Shown: positions 1 to 12,829 of the stretch, in pieces | Position numbering within the stretch: the first letter of the stretch is position 1 | How the letters are laid out: each line of letters begins with the position of its first letter | Origin: Anthoceros angustus | Lineage: Eukaryota; Plantae; Anthocerotophyta | NCBI GenBank assembly: GCA_010909165.1 | Contig: MU008156.1 | Coordinates: 1-64,000, forward strand | DNA length: 64,000 nucleotides | Reading direction: 5' to 3' | Translations under genes and position numbers: made by a program | The notes under the pieces: model-generated | Told to the model about the DNA's origin: nothing | The model's database searches: none | The model's input: only the letters and a program-made list of their open reading frames with translations

Positions 1-2370
1 TCTGTTGGGGTACAATGCACATTTTGATCCTAACGACTTCACGGTTTCCAACATTGTGCCGGACGCGAAGTGCTTAAAGATAAAGATAGATACGCAATCG
101 ACTTGGTAGAGCTTCACGCAACCCTAGCAAGATATGAGCCGCTCAGTCGAAACGACGCTACCGACGCACCGGCATTGAGAGGGTTCGGGTTGATAGCGAA
201 GTTCAAGACAAAGAACTTGGCCGTCACTATGTTCCATTCAGTGACACCCACATCTCTCGAGGAAGGACTATTGCACCGTCAGAGTTTTGAACAGATCCCA
301 TCCCACCGGCACACCAAACGAAAAGAACGGTAACTAACCCCAGACTGACGGACGAGCCCGGTCGCAAGAGAAAGCGGTCGAGAAAGGGACTACTTCCATG
401 ACCGAATCATATCAATTGTGACTATAGGGTATGGCTTGGATTCGATCAATTTGATTAGTTGGACAATTGAAACACGCTTGTAAACAAATGAAAGAAATTT
501 TGATGGAAATGAAAGTGATGTTCTCACTTGCATGCACCGGGGTGAGGGAAAAGGAAGGCACCGCCATTCGCTAAACCATCAATGAGCATTTGTTGTCCTT
601 GGGTCATGGTGCGTAATATTATTATAGTTTTTATCGAGACATTCTAGCTTGGCAGCATTGGCCAAAGGCCAAGGACAAGTAGTCCTATAAGTATAACGCA
701 AGAGTTAGTATACAGGTAGTAGCTACTACCACTCCAACGAAAGCGCTTGGTGACAAAGTTCTTCTCTAGTAGGTGCCACGGTTCCCAGACCTCCGCCGTC
801 TTCTTGGGTCCCATACATAGACGACAAAGAGTCTAGCTAGTCATGTTTCTGTGTTGCTCTAAGTATGGATTCTCCCATAATTTCAAGCTATCTTCTATAT
901 TGGTCATAGCATGAATGTAACCGTGCCTTCCTTGTTGGTGGATTTGACACACCTTGCGAGGGTTGTTGGCTGGGATTAGAGTGTGGTTGCATAAATTAAG
1001 CCTCTACAAAACTACCATACAGTAATTCTTCAGTGGCTGGACACTCAGATTGATTGCCGCTGGTGGTGGAGAACTAAAATCCACACGTAATTAAAATGGA
1101 GACAACATTTTGCCGAGATTTCTGTGGAACACTGGGGAGGATGATTGAGAAACAAGGGAAACTGTATGAAAGCCGTAGGCAGGGCAACGGCCTGAACCAC
1201 AATCCGACCCGGAACTCTTAAGGCATCCGCGTGAAACAGGGAGCCTGGAACCGTGCACCAATTTTAGGTTAATCTCAGCTTCGCTATATGTCCCGTAGCG
1301 ATGCCCGGGTCCGGGCACGGGCTCACGCGAAACCAGCCTAAGCTCTCTATCGCGAGGAACGTGGGACCACTCTCTTGGGAAAGTGTGACCATAACGTTCG
1401 CGGAAAGTAGCAGTTCAACCTCACACTAGCAGAGACACGATTTCCAGCAGACTAAAGTGATAGGACATGAAGTTTGAGAAGATTCATTACATGGCAGCTT
1501 GTGAAAACAGAAACTCGAGAGCCTGGAAATTTATTTCGAGCTTAACATAAGCAGTTTGCTGGCATTCCTGTGTATCCTGGTCTGTCTGCCTTTTATAGCG
1601 AAAATGCTTCTGGTGCATATTGTACAATTGCCACTTTTCAAATACATAGGGTGAAGAATGACGACTCAAGACAGAGCGCTACCGACGGATAGAGGCGAAT
1701 CATAGATGCAGCTACATCTCTAAACGTGGGGAGACGAATGGGAGACGGAAGTCTATCATGCAACACAAGATCTTCACTTCCGCTGTAAGGAAAAAATAAC
1801 AAATGAAGCTGTATCTTCATGGACACAACACGGCATGCGGCGGGAGTTTCTCCTACTCTCGAATCACTTGACATCACCAACGTGAGTAGAATTCAAGAAG
1901 CAAAACATTGCACCATGACTCCCTAACTTGGTTGCTTGCAATTACCACAATGCAGTTGGCCATCTGCCCTGCCTACTGCCAAGGCTTTCAGATCTCCAAC
2001 TGTGGTAGGTGGGATTTGCAAAGGCTGCATATCTGCAACTGTCGTGAAATTGAGCAACAGAATGCTACCGCATATATGCAGCAGTGGTTTGTGAAGGTTC
2101 CTGCCACTGTGGAATAGAAAGCCTGAGGAGAAACCCAAGGCTGGAAGTAGTGCGGTGTGCAGATCTGTAGATGCACAGAGCTGCTCCCCAGGAAGCAGGG
2201 AAAAACTCGCAGCCTCACAAACCCAGAAGCATGAAGCATGTCACGTCCTCACGAGTTGGGAAGATCCTTCCCCACAATGTGCATGGAGTGAGAAGCCGTT
2301 CGGGTCCAAGAACAGGGAGGGGTTGGCCAACAGTACCGACTGAAACACCAGATAGGTTTGGGCCTGTGCT

Positions 2371-5300
2371 GTGGATATCTTTGACAGTAGCCCGGAGCGG
2401 CGGATGACTGCGCCCTCTGCCGCCATGCCCAAGACCAGCACCCGCCAGAAGCCTCTGCCCACGCCAGTCGCCAAGCTCACTCCGGATGATGATTTTTCTG
2501 GTGAATCCGCCGAGGATAACGGGGACGGCCAACTGGAGGAGGACGAGGTCTACCCCAGGGTCACAGCTGCGGGCCTGCCGGTGCGTGGTGCGCTCGAGGA
2601 CAGCTTCTCCGACCTGGAGCCCGGTCCCGGGCTGCTTCAGCTGGAGCAGTCGCACAAGGTGCCGCCCGCCTTCGGAGCTTCTGGAGATGACATTTTCACG
2701 ACCCGGGCGGGAGAGGAGCCGACGGTAGCTCTGCTGGTGAAGGACGAGGAGGAATTTTTTGAAGCTGAGGAAGACGGAAAGACCGACCCCGAGGCCACGG
2801 CTGCGGAAGAGGGAGGCGAGGGCGGGTCGGAGGCCGAGGTGGGTAGGGGGCGGGAGTTGGAGGCCCCACGACCGGAGGAGGTTGATGGCACGGCAGCGGA
2901 GGAGTTAGCAGAATCAACAGATCAGATAAGTGTTGTTGCTTTAGACAAACAAGGCGCTGATGACGGGGCTAATAGCGTAGAAATCCAGGCAGGGCGGGAG
3001 ATGGAGCTGATGGCAATCCTTCGCAGGCAGGACGCGGATTGGGAGGGCGGCATTGAAGGGAGAGATGAGGAGGAAGAGGAGGAGGAGGAAGAGGGAGAGG
3101 AAGAGGAGGAAGACCGGAGTGTGACGGAGAGATCTGCGGATTCGGCTGCCATGGTGCACGGTGCAGATGCATCGGCTGGTGGTTCTGGATCATCGGTCCA
3201 GCCTCGAGCGGCAGGGATGGGGCAGGCAGGACCGTCCTTGGAGCCTGCTCCTCCTAGGTCTCGGCGAGGAGGTGGCGGAGCTGGCGCAGCTCCGATGCCA
3301 CCGGCCAGTCAGGCTGCTGAAGCTCATGCCCATACGAATGGCGTGGTCAGTCATTCGCAGGAGGACAGTAGAGAGCAGCAGCTGCAGGCCATAAGGGTGA
3401 AATTCCTGCGCTTGGTTCACAGGCTGGGGAAAACAGCTCAGGATAGGGTGGTGGCTCAGGTTTTGTACAGGCTGGGGTTGGCAGAGCAGCTGAGAGGAGG
3501 CCGTAGCGGTAGCGGGATAGGAGGTTTCAGTTTTGATCGAGCAAAAGCTATTGCCGAGGAGCAGGAGGCAGGTGGCCAGGGAGAAGTGGATTTCTCCTGC
3601 ACCATACTGCTGCTGGGGAGGAGTGGGGTAGGGAAGAGTGCTACCATCAATTCCATTTTCGGTGAGGTGAAGACAGGGACCGATGCATTTGGGCCTGCGA
3701 CTTTGAAGGTGCAAGAGGTAGTTGGGTGTGTTCATGGGATCAAGGTGAGAGTGATCGACACTCCTGGGCTGCTGCCTGCAGCGTCTGACCAGCGGCAGAA
3801 TGAGAAGCTCTTATCGGATGTGAAGCGGTATATCAAGAAGGCCCCGCCGGATGTTGTGCTTTACTTTGATCGCCTGGACATGCCGAGTTACGGGTATGGC
3901 GATCTTCCTTTGTTGCGTACGATTACTGACAAGTTTGGGCCTGCTATCTGGTTCAATGCTATTGTGGTGTTGACTCATGCTGCATCAGCACCTCCGGAAG
4001 GACCTGATGGCGTTCCTGTTATCTATGAGATGCTTGTTAATCAAAGGTCAGCTGTGGTGCAGCAGACACTCAGGCAGGCTGCTAGGGACATGCGGCTGAT
4101 GCATCCAGTGTCTCTTGTGGAGAACCATTCAGCATGTAGGATGAATCGGACAGGTGATAAGGTGTTACCCAATGGGCAGATATGGAAGACACAGCTGCTG
4201 CTTCTGTGCTTTGCCTCCAAGATTCTGGCCGAGGCCAACTCTTTGCTTGTACTGCAGGAGAATGGTTCAGCACATCGCTCAGGTCAAGGGGGCCCTTCTC
4301 TACCCGTCCTCTTATCTTCTTTGTTGCAGCAAGGGCAGCAAGTGAGGTTGCCGGATGAGCATGGGGGTAACGAGGAGGAGTCAGATGACGAGCTTGACGA
4401 TGACTCTGATGAGGAGGACGAGTATGATCAGCTTCCTCCCTTTCGGCGGCTGAAGAAAGAAGAGATTTCGGAGCTCGATGAGCAGCAGAGGAAGGACTAT
4501 TTCCAAGAGTTGGAAGACAGGGGGAGACTGTTTGAGAAGAAGCAATGGAGAGAGGAGCTAAGACGAAGAAAGGGTTTGAAAAAGAGTAGGGCTGCAGCGT
4601 CGGAGCAGCAGTTCCAGGAAGCCATTGACGACGAAGGAGATAGGCCTGGGGCTGTAGCTGGGGCTATAGCTATGCCTCTCCCTGACATGGTGTTACCCCC
4701 ATCTTTTGACTCAGATAACCCAACACACAGGTATAGGAGCTTGGAGACTCCTCCTACTCAGTGGTTAGTCAGGCCTGTTTTAGATACGCATGGCTGGGAT
4801 CATGACACTGGATATGACGGCGTTAGTGTGGAGAAAGGTTTCATTGTCCAGAACAAGTTTCGAGGACAGTTGTCAGGTCAAGTAGCAAAGGATAAGAAAG
4901 AGGCCCATCTCAAAATGGAGTGTATAGCTTCTTTTAGGCTTGGGGAGGGTGCTGTTACCCTTTCGGGGCTGGATGTTAACACCCTTGGCAACCATGTAGC
5001 ATATACGCTACGCAGTGAGACAAGCTTCAGCAATTTCAAGCAGAATAAAACCACTGGAGGTCTGGTGCTGAGTTTCCTGGAGGATGTCATCGCAGCAGGC
5101 TTGAAACTTGAAAACAGACTACTTCTAGGCAAGAGGCTCAGGCTGATGGTCAATGGTGGTGCCTTTACTAAGAGAGGAGATACAGCGTACGGAGGGAGTT
5201 TGGAAGCAACCTTGCGTGGTAAGGACTTCCCTTACAATGAGACTGTGGCCACTCTCGGTCTATCGGTTATGGATTGGCGTGGGCAGCTTGTAATTGGCGG

Positions 5301-5484
5301 CAACGTTCAATCCAACTTTCCTTTGGGAAGAACTATGCTCAGTGTACAAGCCAATCTGAACAATAGAAGCAGTGGACAACTAAGCATCCGTGCAATCAGT
5401 ACAGAGCAGTTACAGATGAGTCTGGTAGGGGTTATCCCGCTTCTACGATCACTGTGGTTCCACTGGCATCCAGACGAAACGTGA
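2371..5484 (+). CDS. TOC132: Chloroplast outer-envelope preprotein receptor GTPase, Toc159 family (Toc132/Toc120-like), intronless. First ATG is at 2404; the ORF track starts at an upstream GTG.
   Basis: Acidic N-terminal A-domain; the 'IRVKFLRLVHRLG..VVAQVLYRLGLAE' motif; AIG1-type G-domain (GRSGVGKSATINSIF, DTPGL); and a C-terminal M-domain (PLPDMVLPPSFDSDNPTHRYR, GWDHDTGYDGV, QLSIRAISTEQLQ). The 1037-codon ORF is uninterrupted. Confidence 0.95.
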   Translation: MDIFDSSPERRMTAPSAAMPKTSTRQKPLPTPVAKLTPDDDFSGESAEDNGDGQLEEDEVYPRVTAAGLPVRGALEDSFSDLEPGPGLLQLEQSHKVPPAFGASGDDIFTTRAGEEPTVALLVKDEEEFFEAEEDGKTDPEATAAEEGGEGGSEAEVGRGRELEAPRPEEVDGTAAEELAESTDQISVVALDKQGADDGANSVEIQAGREMELMAILRRQDADWEGGIEGRDEEEEEEEEEGEEEEEDRSVTERSADSAAMVHGADASAGGSGSSVQPRAAGMGQAGPSLEPAPPRSRRGGGGAGAAPMPPASQAAEAHAHTNGVVSHSQEDSREQQLQAIRVKFLRLVHRLGKTAQDRVVAQVLYRLGLAEQLRGGRSGSGIGGFSFDRAKAIAEEQEAGGQGEVDFSCTILLLGRSGVGKSATINSIFGEVKTGTDAFGPATLKVQEVVGCVHGIKVRVIDTPGLLPAASDQRQNEKLLSDVKRYIKKAPPDVVLYFDRLDMPSYGYGDLPLLRTITDKFGPAIWFNAIVVLTHAASAPPEGPDGVPVIYEMLVNQRSAVVQQTLRQAARDMRLMHPVSLVENHSACRMNRTGDKVLPNGQIWKTQLLLLCFASKILAEANSLLVLQENGSAHRSGQGGPSLPVLLSSLLQQGQQVRLPDEHGGNEEESDDELDDDSDEEDEYDQLPPFRRLKKEEISELDEQQRKDYFQELEDRGRLFEKKQWREELRRRKGLKKSRAAASEQQFQEAIDDEGDRPGAVAGAIAMPLPDMVLPPSFDSDNPTHRYRSLETPPTQWLVRPVLDTHGWDHDTGYDGVSVEKGFIVQNKFRGQLSGQVAKDKKEAHLKMECIASFRLGEGAVTLSGLDVNTLGNHVAYTLRSETSFSNFKQNKTTGGLVLSFLEDVIAAGLKLENRLLLGKRLRLMVNGGAFTKRGDTAYGGSLEATLRGKDFPYNETVATLGLSVMDWRGQLVIGGNVQSNFPLGRTMLSVQANLNNRSSGQLSIRAISTEQLQMSLVGVIPLLRSLWFHWHPDET

Positions 5485-5903
5485 TTCTCTATCCCTGAAA
5501 CTACCTTCTTCCTATCATTTTTTGCCCTCAGATGTCCCTATGCCTTCGTGTTGTGGGCTTTGGGATTGATGTGCTGCTCTGCATAATTCGGCAGCATCAC
5601 CAGGAAAATCTCCAATGGCATAAGGGGCTCGGGCCCAGCACTTTCTTCCTTGTCGAGTCGTCCAATTTGGGGCTTCTATTCGTGGTCTTCGCTTCGAACC
5701 CAGAAAACCTCCCCAAGAACGGAGAAAGCCCGTGAAGGGCGGGTCCCCTTGTGAGTATGGTGTCCTGAGAAGCATGGAATGCATACACTACTCTGTTTGA
5801 TGGGCTTTCCCATCAAAAAAAATTTCCCCATTATTCATCAGATGTTCCGACTTTTAGTTGATCAATTTATAAATAGCATATAAAATGTTGGATAGACCTC
5901 ACA

Positions 5904-6492
5904 AGTAACACCCCCTTTTCAGCGAGGTGGGCGATCACCTTGATTAGCGACAAAAACATCACGGACACCAGCACTAGGCCTCCAAGTAGCCCGCCGTCCT
6001 TCCACGGGACGACTCGCAGTCAGCGCTGCTATTTATTCCAGCAAGAGTCAACAAGAATACATGAGAGATCAGAGAGAGCTCCCCATCTTTGCCTAAGCTA
6101 GGAGCTTAGCTCTCTCCCCTCGATCTCCTCCTCAACAGCTCTCCTCTAGCACGCTCACACTCTAGGCTCCCAAAGCCTCTAGGCACCAAAGTCCTATCCT
6201 CACAAGAGTGTAGCTCCCAAGTGCTAGGATCTTTCTAGACATGCTCACACTCCAGGCTCCCAAGGCCTTTAGGCTCCAAAGTCCTACCCTCAAGAGTGTA
6301 GCTCCCCATGCTAGGATCACAAGATATCTTTCTCTAGGGCTAGCCTCATCTCCTTATATAGGGAGGCTTACATCATTTCCAAAGTAAGCTAAGCGGACTT
6401 TCTTCCTTAAGCCCTAAGCTAAGTCTTACCACCACTACTTACAACTTACTAACTAGATCCAGGCGCATGCTTCTCATGCAAGGCTCGTTACT
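5904..6492 (-). repeat. 3' LTR of the Gypsy element
   Basis: Direct repeat of 10843-11415, running agtaac...gttact and followed on the plus strand by the reverse complement of the polypurine tract (ttctccccac). Confidence 0.9.
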
Positions 6493-6559
6493 TTCTCCCC
6501 ACGAAAAGAATCATCCTCGGTGATAGCCAACGTCGAGAGATCATCCAGATCCTTTACGA

Positions 6560-9500
6560 ATATCCTCTAACGTTACCCAAAGCGGATCGAGATCCGCAAC
6601 TTTACCATATCTTGTGGTACGATTCCACGCTTTGTAGGCACGCTACTCTCGCAAGGAATTCCTCAATTTCCGCATCCTTGATTATCTTTGCGCGAGAACA
6701 CTGTACTTCTTCTTGTCCATGTCTTCTTTCTCTTTGCACAGCACAAATGGTTTCGAGTGATACATGAAACACATTGTGTGCAAAAATCCATTCAGTATTT
6801 GTAACATAAGCCACTTCTCCAATGCGCTTCAAGACTACAAATGGACCACCATATCTTGGCCTTAACTTAAGAGTTAATCCTTGAGGTAATGGGAAATGCT
6901 TCAATTTCACCCATACTTTATCCCCAACGTTGAAGACAGTTTCTCTCCCTGCTATCGATATTTCTTGGCGTGCTTGAGCCTTGGCTAAAATTCCTTTGGC
7001 AATCTCATGCCTAGCCTTCAACTCAATGAATCGGCGTGGATCTCTAGTGGTAGTATCGAAAACTTCAGCATTTAGCATGGATACCGTCCAGTCGAATTCC
7101 TCCCATCTCAAAAGGACTACATCCAAGAGAGTGTGTGCGGTGTTGTTATAACAAAATTGCATCGTCTAGATGATCATCAATCCTCTCGATCAATGCACAT
7201 AATGCCTTAAGTATTCTTCTTGGATTCGGTTGACTCGCTCGGTTGAGCCATATGTCCGGATGGAAAAGTGCTCATACATAATTCCACATTCAAGCATTTC
7301 ATCAAATGCGCCAAAATTCTCCGTGAACCTTGGATCTGTCACTCACACCATAGGTAAGCCATGGTACTTGTATATATACTTCTTAAACAAGTGGCTACCT
7401 CGGCACCGCTTCTTTGTAGGGATGAAATGTGCTTGTTTGGTGAATCTATCCACCACCTTGTCATGATACCATTCTTTGGTGGCAAAGGCATGATAAAATC
7501 CATAGAGATACTCTTCCAAGGTCCACTTGGAATAGGTAGCAGTAAACCTCTTGGTTTAGCTTGCTCCACCTTATCTTCTTGACAAACAGCACATGCCTTG
7601 ACATAATCCACGTATCTTGATACATTCCGGCCCGATAAAAGCCTTCCTTAGCTTCTCATAAGTGGGGTCAATTCCACGTGACACTTGGCACATCATGACA
7701 TTCAAGCAATTTGCTCTTCAACTCAAGAATTTGGGATCACAATCCTCCTCTTTGTATATCAACAAACCATCCCTCAGTTTGAACTTGCTTCCTTTCTGCT
7801 CTATTCCATTAATCCAGTCCTGAACATCTGGATCCTGCAGATATGCTTCCTTGATCTGTTTGTGAGTGTCCATAGGTTCAACCAGCATTGCCATTGCCTT
7901 TACTTCCTGACTCTTTTTGCGACTCAGAGCATCCGCAACCTTATTCTCTTTTCCAGGTTTATACTTGAGAGTCACATCATACATAGCTAGGAAATCTTGC
8001 CATCTAGCTTGTCTTGCATTCAACTTCAATGGTTAGAAGTATGTTGTCTTGATATTATCGATAGAGCACAAAAGATCGCCCAAGAGATAGTGTCTCCATA
8101 CCTTGAGACAATGAATGATGGTCATTTCCTTCTCATAGGTGGGATACTTCAACTCATAAGGATGCAATTTCCTTGACTCAAAAGCTATCGCTTATGGTCT
8201 TGCATCAACACTCCACCTATGGCCACGTCGAGGCATCAGACACTTCCACATCCTTCTTGGGATCATACATTCCTAAAACCGAGTTGTACTCAATTTCATC
8301 TTCAAGTATTCAAATCGCTTGACATTCAAGATCCCACTTCCAAGCTTTCGTCATCTTTAAGAGGTCGGTTATGGGGCTGCTATCTTAGCAAACATATCTG
8401 TACAAATCTCCTGCACGAAGCCAAACCCATAAAAGCTGCGAACCTCATGAATGTTCCTAGGAGGTTGCCAATCTTGAATGGCCCTCACCTTATCGGGATC
8501 CATTCGATGCCATCGGAGACAATAAAGCCTAAGAAAGCTACCTCTGTCTTGGAAGTCACACTTCTTAATTGCCAAGAACAAAGAATTCTCTCTTAGCTTG
8601 TAACACTTCTCTTAAGTGTTCGACATGTTCCTCAAGGTATGGCTAAAGATCAAAATGTCATCCGGATAGATTACAACACACTTGTCCACCGGATCTATGA
8701 ATATAGTATTCATAAGTGTATAAAATGTGGCGGTGCATTAGTAAGTCCAAATGGCATGACCAAATTCAAAAGCCCCATACACGGTCCTACAAATTTTGTA
8801 CTCATGTCCCTCTGCGATTACGATCGATAGTACCCGCCATCGATCTAGCTTGGTGAAATACTTGGCACCCTTCAACTCAAACATATCATCCATTCTTGGC
8901 AAAGGATATGCATTCTTGAATTTGATTCGAGCTCGTAATCTAAACACATCCTTAGTCCTCCATTCTTCTTGCGTAAACAATACGGCGCACAAAAGGAGAC
9001 TTAGAGACTCGATATATCCCTTTGCCCGAGTTGGATAGTTGTCGCTTGAGTTCAGCTCATCCTGCGACAATCTATATGGTGCTCTCGGCGTACTCCACGG
9101 CCTCAATTCAATCTCATGATCTACTACTCTATGAGAGGGTAAAGGTGGCAATTCATCGCATCAAATCCTTAAAGTCATCCAAGACTGTAATTCCTTGGGA
9201 TGTCTTTCTCTTGATTCTTCCTCAAGACCATCCTCTAATCCTGGAGCATAACTAGATAAAGCTCCTTCTTCTCTTATGTCTGCTTGAGCTCTCTTTTGAA
9301 ATCAAACATCGAGCACATCTCAAGCTTCTAAGATTAGCACAAACCACCTTGTGCTTTCCATTCTTCAATATCTCAATGGTGCGGGACTTCACATCTACAC
9401 GCACTTCATTGGATTTCATCCACTCTAGACCCAAGATAACATCATGGTCATCCATGTCTACAAGTGAAACTCATGTATCCTTCCCACGCTTCTATTTGCA

Positions 9501-10790
9501 GCTTTACTCCATGCAATTCACCCAAGAAAAGCGAGTTCCTTTAGCTTGCTTGATTCCATATGGCGAAGTACTAGCCCATTCTAGCCCAAGCTCTTTCGCC
9601 TTGCGAGTTATAAAATTGTGGGTGGCGGCGAGTCCAACAATAACTCTACTTCTAAGCCATTCATCTTTCCACATATGTACATAAGGGCTCCACCTTCCTC
9701 AAAATAGTGTCATCCTTGACACTAGATGACTCACCACATCTGTCACACACAACATGTGGCCCGCGTCATTTGGGCTCTGCGAAGCTCCACAGTCCTAAGT
9801 CCGGAGCTTGAGGATTGGCGGCTATCACATTCGGGTTAGAATTCCCATGCGGACAATCTTTAAAGTGTCCTTGCTCTCCACAAGCACGCCGAGGGCTGTC
9901 GTCCTTTGGCTTCCACCCACGACCTCTATTGGCTCCTCTTCCTCTTCCTCTGCCTCGCCAACATTATCATTTGTTCCAATATGCCCTGTTGGTGGCTCTT
10001 CCTCCTCTGATCTTCCTTGAAAAGATCTTGGATACCTTCCTGAAGACACGGTGCTTCCTCGCGACTTGTGTCGAGTGCAGCCAATAGCCTCTCGCAGTTT
10101 GAGGTTTGTCATTCTATCCAGCCCACCTTTGAGTCCACTATAAAACCGGAGCTTATCCACCTCCACATATCGGGCATTGTAACAATGCTAAATTCACTCA
10201 CATCGCAACATTCCTGTGTGCTTCACATTCTCTAGCATCCTTCTTGCCAAGATAGATGCATTAGTTGGTGGAATTGAAGTTGCGGTGCATCTTTGAATTA
10301 CGCCGGTGGAAATAGTTTCCACTCTATTACCTTGTTCAATACTCGAACATAAGTTCTCCACCAAGTAAGGCGTACCCTTCTAAGAAGTTAACGATGTGAT
10401 CTAGATACTCTTCTGCGGAATCCTTTGCCAGTATCCTTCCAATGAGAAAAACCACGAATTGATTTTCTCCACATCTCGTTCACCCTTATACCTATCTGAG
10501 CGCTTAGCCTCAACTTCTTGGGTCTCCTTGCTCTACTCCTTTCAGGCCGGGCTCAATTCTCCTTCATCATCCTTCTACCTTCGAGCTTCCTTTTCCTTGT
10601 ACTTGTTGCTCTAGAGCTTCCATTCTCCTCAAAAGATTTTGAAGCTCCTCTTGCGGCATGGTGTGTCTTGAGGTATCGCCTCTGCCGTTCCGAGAATTAG
10701 TGGCTCCATCGAGGCTCATCCACTGGTCTCCACCATAGGAGCCTTCTCTTTCTTTCCGTATTCTCTCTCTGCTGGCTCTTGAGGATCGGC
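6560..10790 (-). pseudogene. gag-pol (PR-RT-RH-IN-chromo) of the Gypsy element, broken by many indels
   Basis: ORF fragments 9252-9455 (MDDHDVILGLEWM, protease end), 8738-9151 (RT), 8369-8581, 7718-8029, 7339-7611 and 6602-7162. Confidence 0.85.
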
Positions 10791-10827
10791 CATCTCCTAG
10801 CGTCTAGCTAAAAGATGCTTCAACCTT

Positions 10828-10840
10828 GAGCTCGATACCA
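10828..10840 (-). promoter_or_regulatory. Primer binding site, tRNA-iMet type
   Basis: Minus strand reads TGGTATCGAGCTC two nt after the LTR end; the canonical plant PBS is TGGTATCAGAGC. Confidence 0.8.
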
Positions 10841-10842
10841 CA

Positions 10843-11415
10843 AGTAACACCCCTTTTGGTAGGTGGGGCGGTCAGCGATTAGCGACAAAAACATCACGGA
10901 CACCAGACTAGGCCTCCAAGTAGCCGCCGTCCTTCCACGGACGACTCGCATCGGCCTGTCTGCGCATTTATTCCAAAGAGAGTCAAGAATACATGAGAGA
11001 TCGGAGAGCTCCCCATCTTTGCCTAAGCTAGGAGCTTAGCTCTCTCCCTCGATCTCCTCCTCAGCTCTCCTCTAGCACGCTCACACTCTAGGCTCCCAAG
11101 CCTCTAGGCACCAAAGTCCTATCCTCACAAGAGTGTGTAGCTCCCAAGTGCTAGGATCCTTCTAGACATGCTCACACTCTAGGCTCCCAAGGCCTTTAGG
11201 CTCCAAAGTCCTATCCTCAAGAGTGTAGCTCCCCATGCTAGGATCACAAGATATCTCTAGGGCTAGCCTCATCTCCTTATATAGGAGGCTTACATCATTT
11301 CAAAGTAAGCTAAGCAGACTTTCTTCCTTAAGCCCTAAGCTAAGTCTTACCACCACTACTTACAACTTACTAACTAGATCCAGGGCTGCATGCTTCTCAT
11401 GCAAGGCTCGTTACT
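10843..11415 (-). repeat. 5' LTR of the Gypsy element
   Basis: Direct repeat of 5904-6492 with the same agtaac...gttact ends. Confidence 0.9.
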
Positions 11416-11580
11416 TCACAGCCACTTCCCATGTCCACCAAAATAAATTTGGCAAAAATCGTTTAGGGTACTTGCCATATACCGAAAGCATTGTAGACGT
11501 GGCTTAATTATCTGGATTTTAAAGCTATTCACCATTTGTGAAACTAAAGGTCTTGGTTAAAAACTTCGATACACTACTAA

Positions 11581-11749
11581 ACTGAAGAATGGACTCGGTT
11601 GACAACTTTGTTTCATTGAAGAATGCACTCTGTTGAAAACTTCGTTACATTGAAGAATGCACTCTGTTGAAAACTTCGCTACACTGAAGAAAAGACACGT
11701 TGAAAACTTAGCTACATTGAAAAATTGACTCGGTTGAAAACTTCACTAC
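11581..11749. repeat. 34-bp tandem repeat, about 5 copies
   Basis: Unit approx. attgaagaatgcactctgttgaaaacttcgctac, read directly from the sequence. Confidence 0.85.
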
Positions 11750-12099
11750 ACCGCTCATTGAGGAACTGTCCACACTAGACCTCTCGTGTGAAGAGGCATG
11801 AGCCTCACACAACGTGAGCACGGCTATGCATGTGGATGTCAACAGTATCAAACCATGCACCCTTCTTAGACCCGTCGTTTCCTGATACGGCGTTGTAAGC
11901 CTTGTCCACCTTATAGTCCTCATAAATCAACCATTTTTGCCTACAGGCCCCTATATTCTTATCAAAATCATGGCAAATTATAGCCCCTACTACAGCCACC
12001 CTACTCCAAATGTCAATCCTTGGAGGGATAGAGATAGAAGACTGTGAGATAGGAAATTGAATTATGTGGCTATTGTATGTATGTAGCAAAAAGCTGACA

Positions 12100-12790
12100 T
12101 TGTTTTGAAGTCTCCACAGCGCCCTTCACCCTTAGCACCCAGAAGAAATCTTAGCATGTGCTTTGTTGTTCAGAGATGCCGCAGGTTCGAGCATCTGTCT
12201 TTGGAGCATCCAGCTTTGAGGAGGCGCATGGCACCGGAGCGTCTTTGTCAAGAAGACTCGGCAGCGTGCGGCACCATACAAGTGCCTCCACCACATAAGC
12301 GGCCTCCTCCAGCCCAGGCCCCGTAGGAGATCAATAGGGGTAGACCCCGTGGCGGTTTTGAAGAGGATGTGCACGCGTCCTCCTTACGTGCTCACGCTTC
12401 AGAGGCACGAAATGGTGCCACGGCCACCCATCTTAAGTTCCCACCCAAATGGTGCTCCTCTCGCGTTCCCCTACTGCCTACATTCATCAAGCAAGAGTCT
12501 CTCCCAGAGCGGAGCACTTGGACGTCGCCCACTAGCAGTTCCTTCTTCAGCAAGCCGGAGCCATTGCACAAGAGATATTTTCCTTCCAGTGCCAGACCAT
12601 CTGGGAGCATCTACAACAGCTCTCAAGCTCTCTCTCGTCAGTTGCTGACTTGGTTCGCCAACTCGAATCTACCTTTGCTCCAAGCAATTGCGGATTTGTC
12701 CACTGGACCTCTGAACTCTAAGTGGTGTACTTCTCTCTACATTGATATTCAAGTTTATATTTGAAGTGATCTCGGCTTTGGCTCATAACC
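12100..12790 (-). mobile_element. Degenerate Ty1/Copia 5' fragment (PBS plus gag start)
   Basis: Minus strand ...CTTCA followed by GGTTATGAGCC (12780-12790), the internal tRNA-iMet-type PBS of Copia elements. Downstream gag-like words FELW-R-TK and DSCLMNV occur across frameshifts. Confidence 0.5.
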
Positions 12791-12829
12791 TGAAGTCGGC
12801 ACTTTATTTTATATTAACTTATTAATATC

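Larger units (their letters stand above)
5904..11415 (-). mobile_element. Ty3/Gypsy LTR retrotransposon (chromovirus-like), full length but frameshifted
   Basis: Two ~580-bp direct LTRs and a TSD TCACA at 5899-5903 and 11416-11420. Internal minus-strand fragments: RT (YPLPRMDDMFE, AYIFTKLD-like, VYGAFEF), RNase H (ARQARWQDFLAMYD..YKPGKENKVADALSR), integrase (PSGPWKSISMDFI, KLRPRYGGPF, HNVFHVS) and a chromodomain-like tail near 6560-6650. Confidence 0.92.

Noticed and set aside
70-2340. Short ORFs upstream of the Toc gene
   Set aside because: No recognisable motifs; could be UTR, intron or intergenic sequence.
2215-5153. Antisense and alternate-frame ORFs over the Toc gene
   Set aside because: Explained by the GC-rich codon usage of the main ORF.
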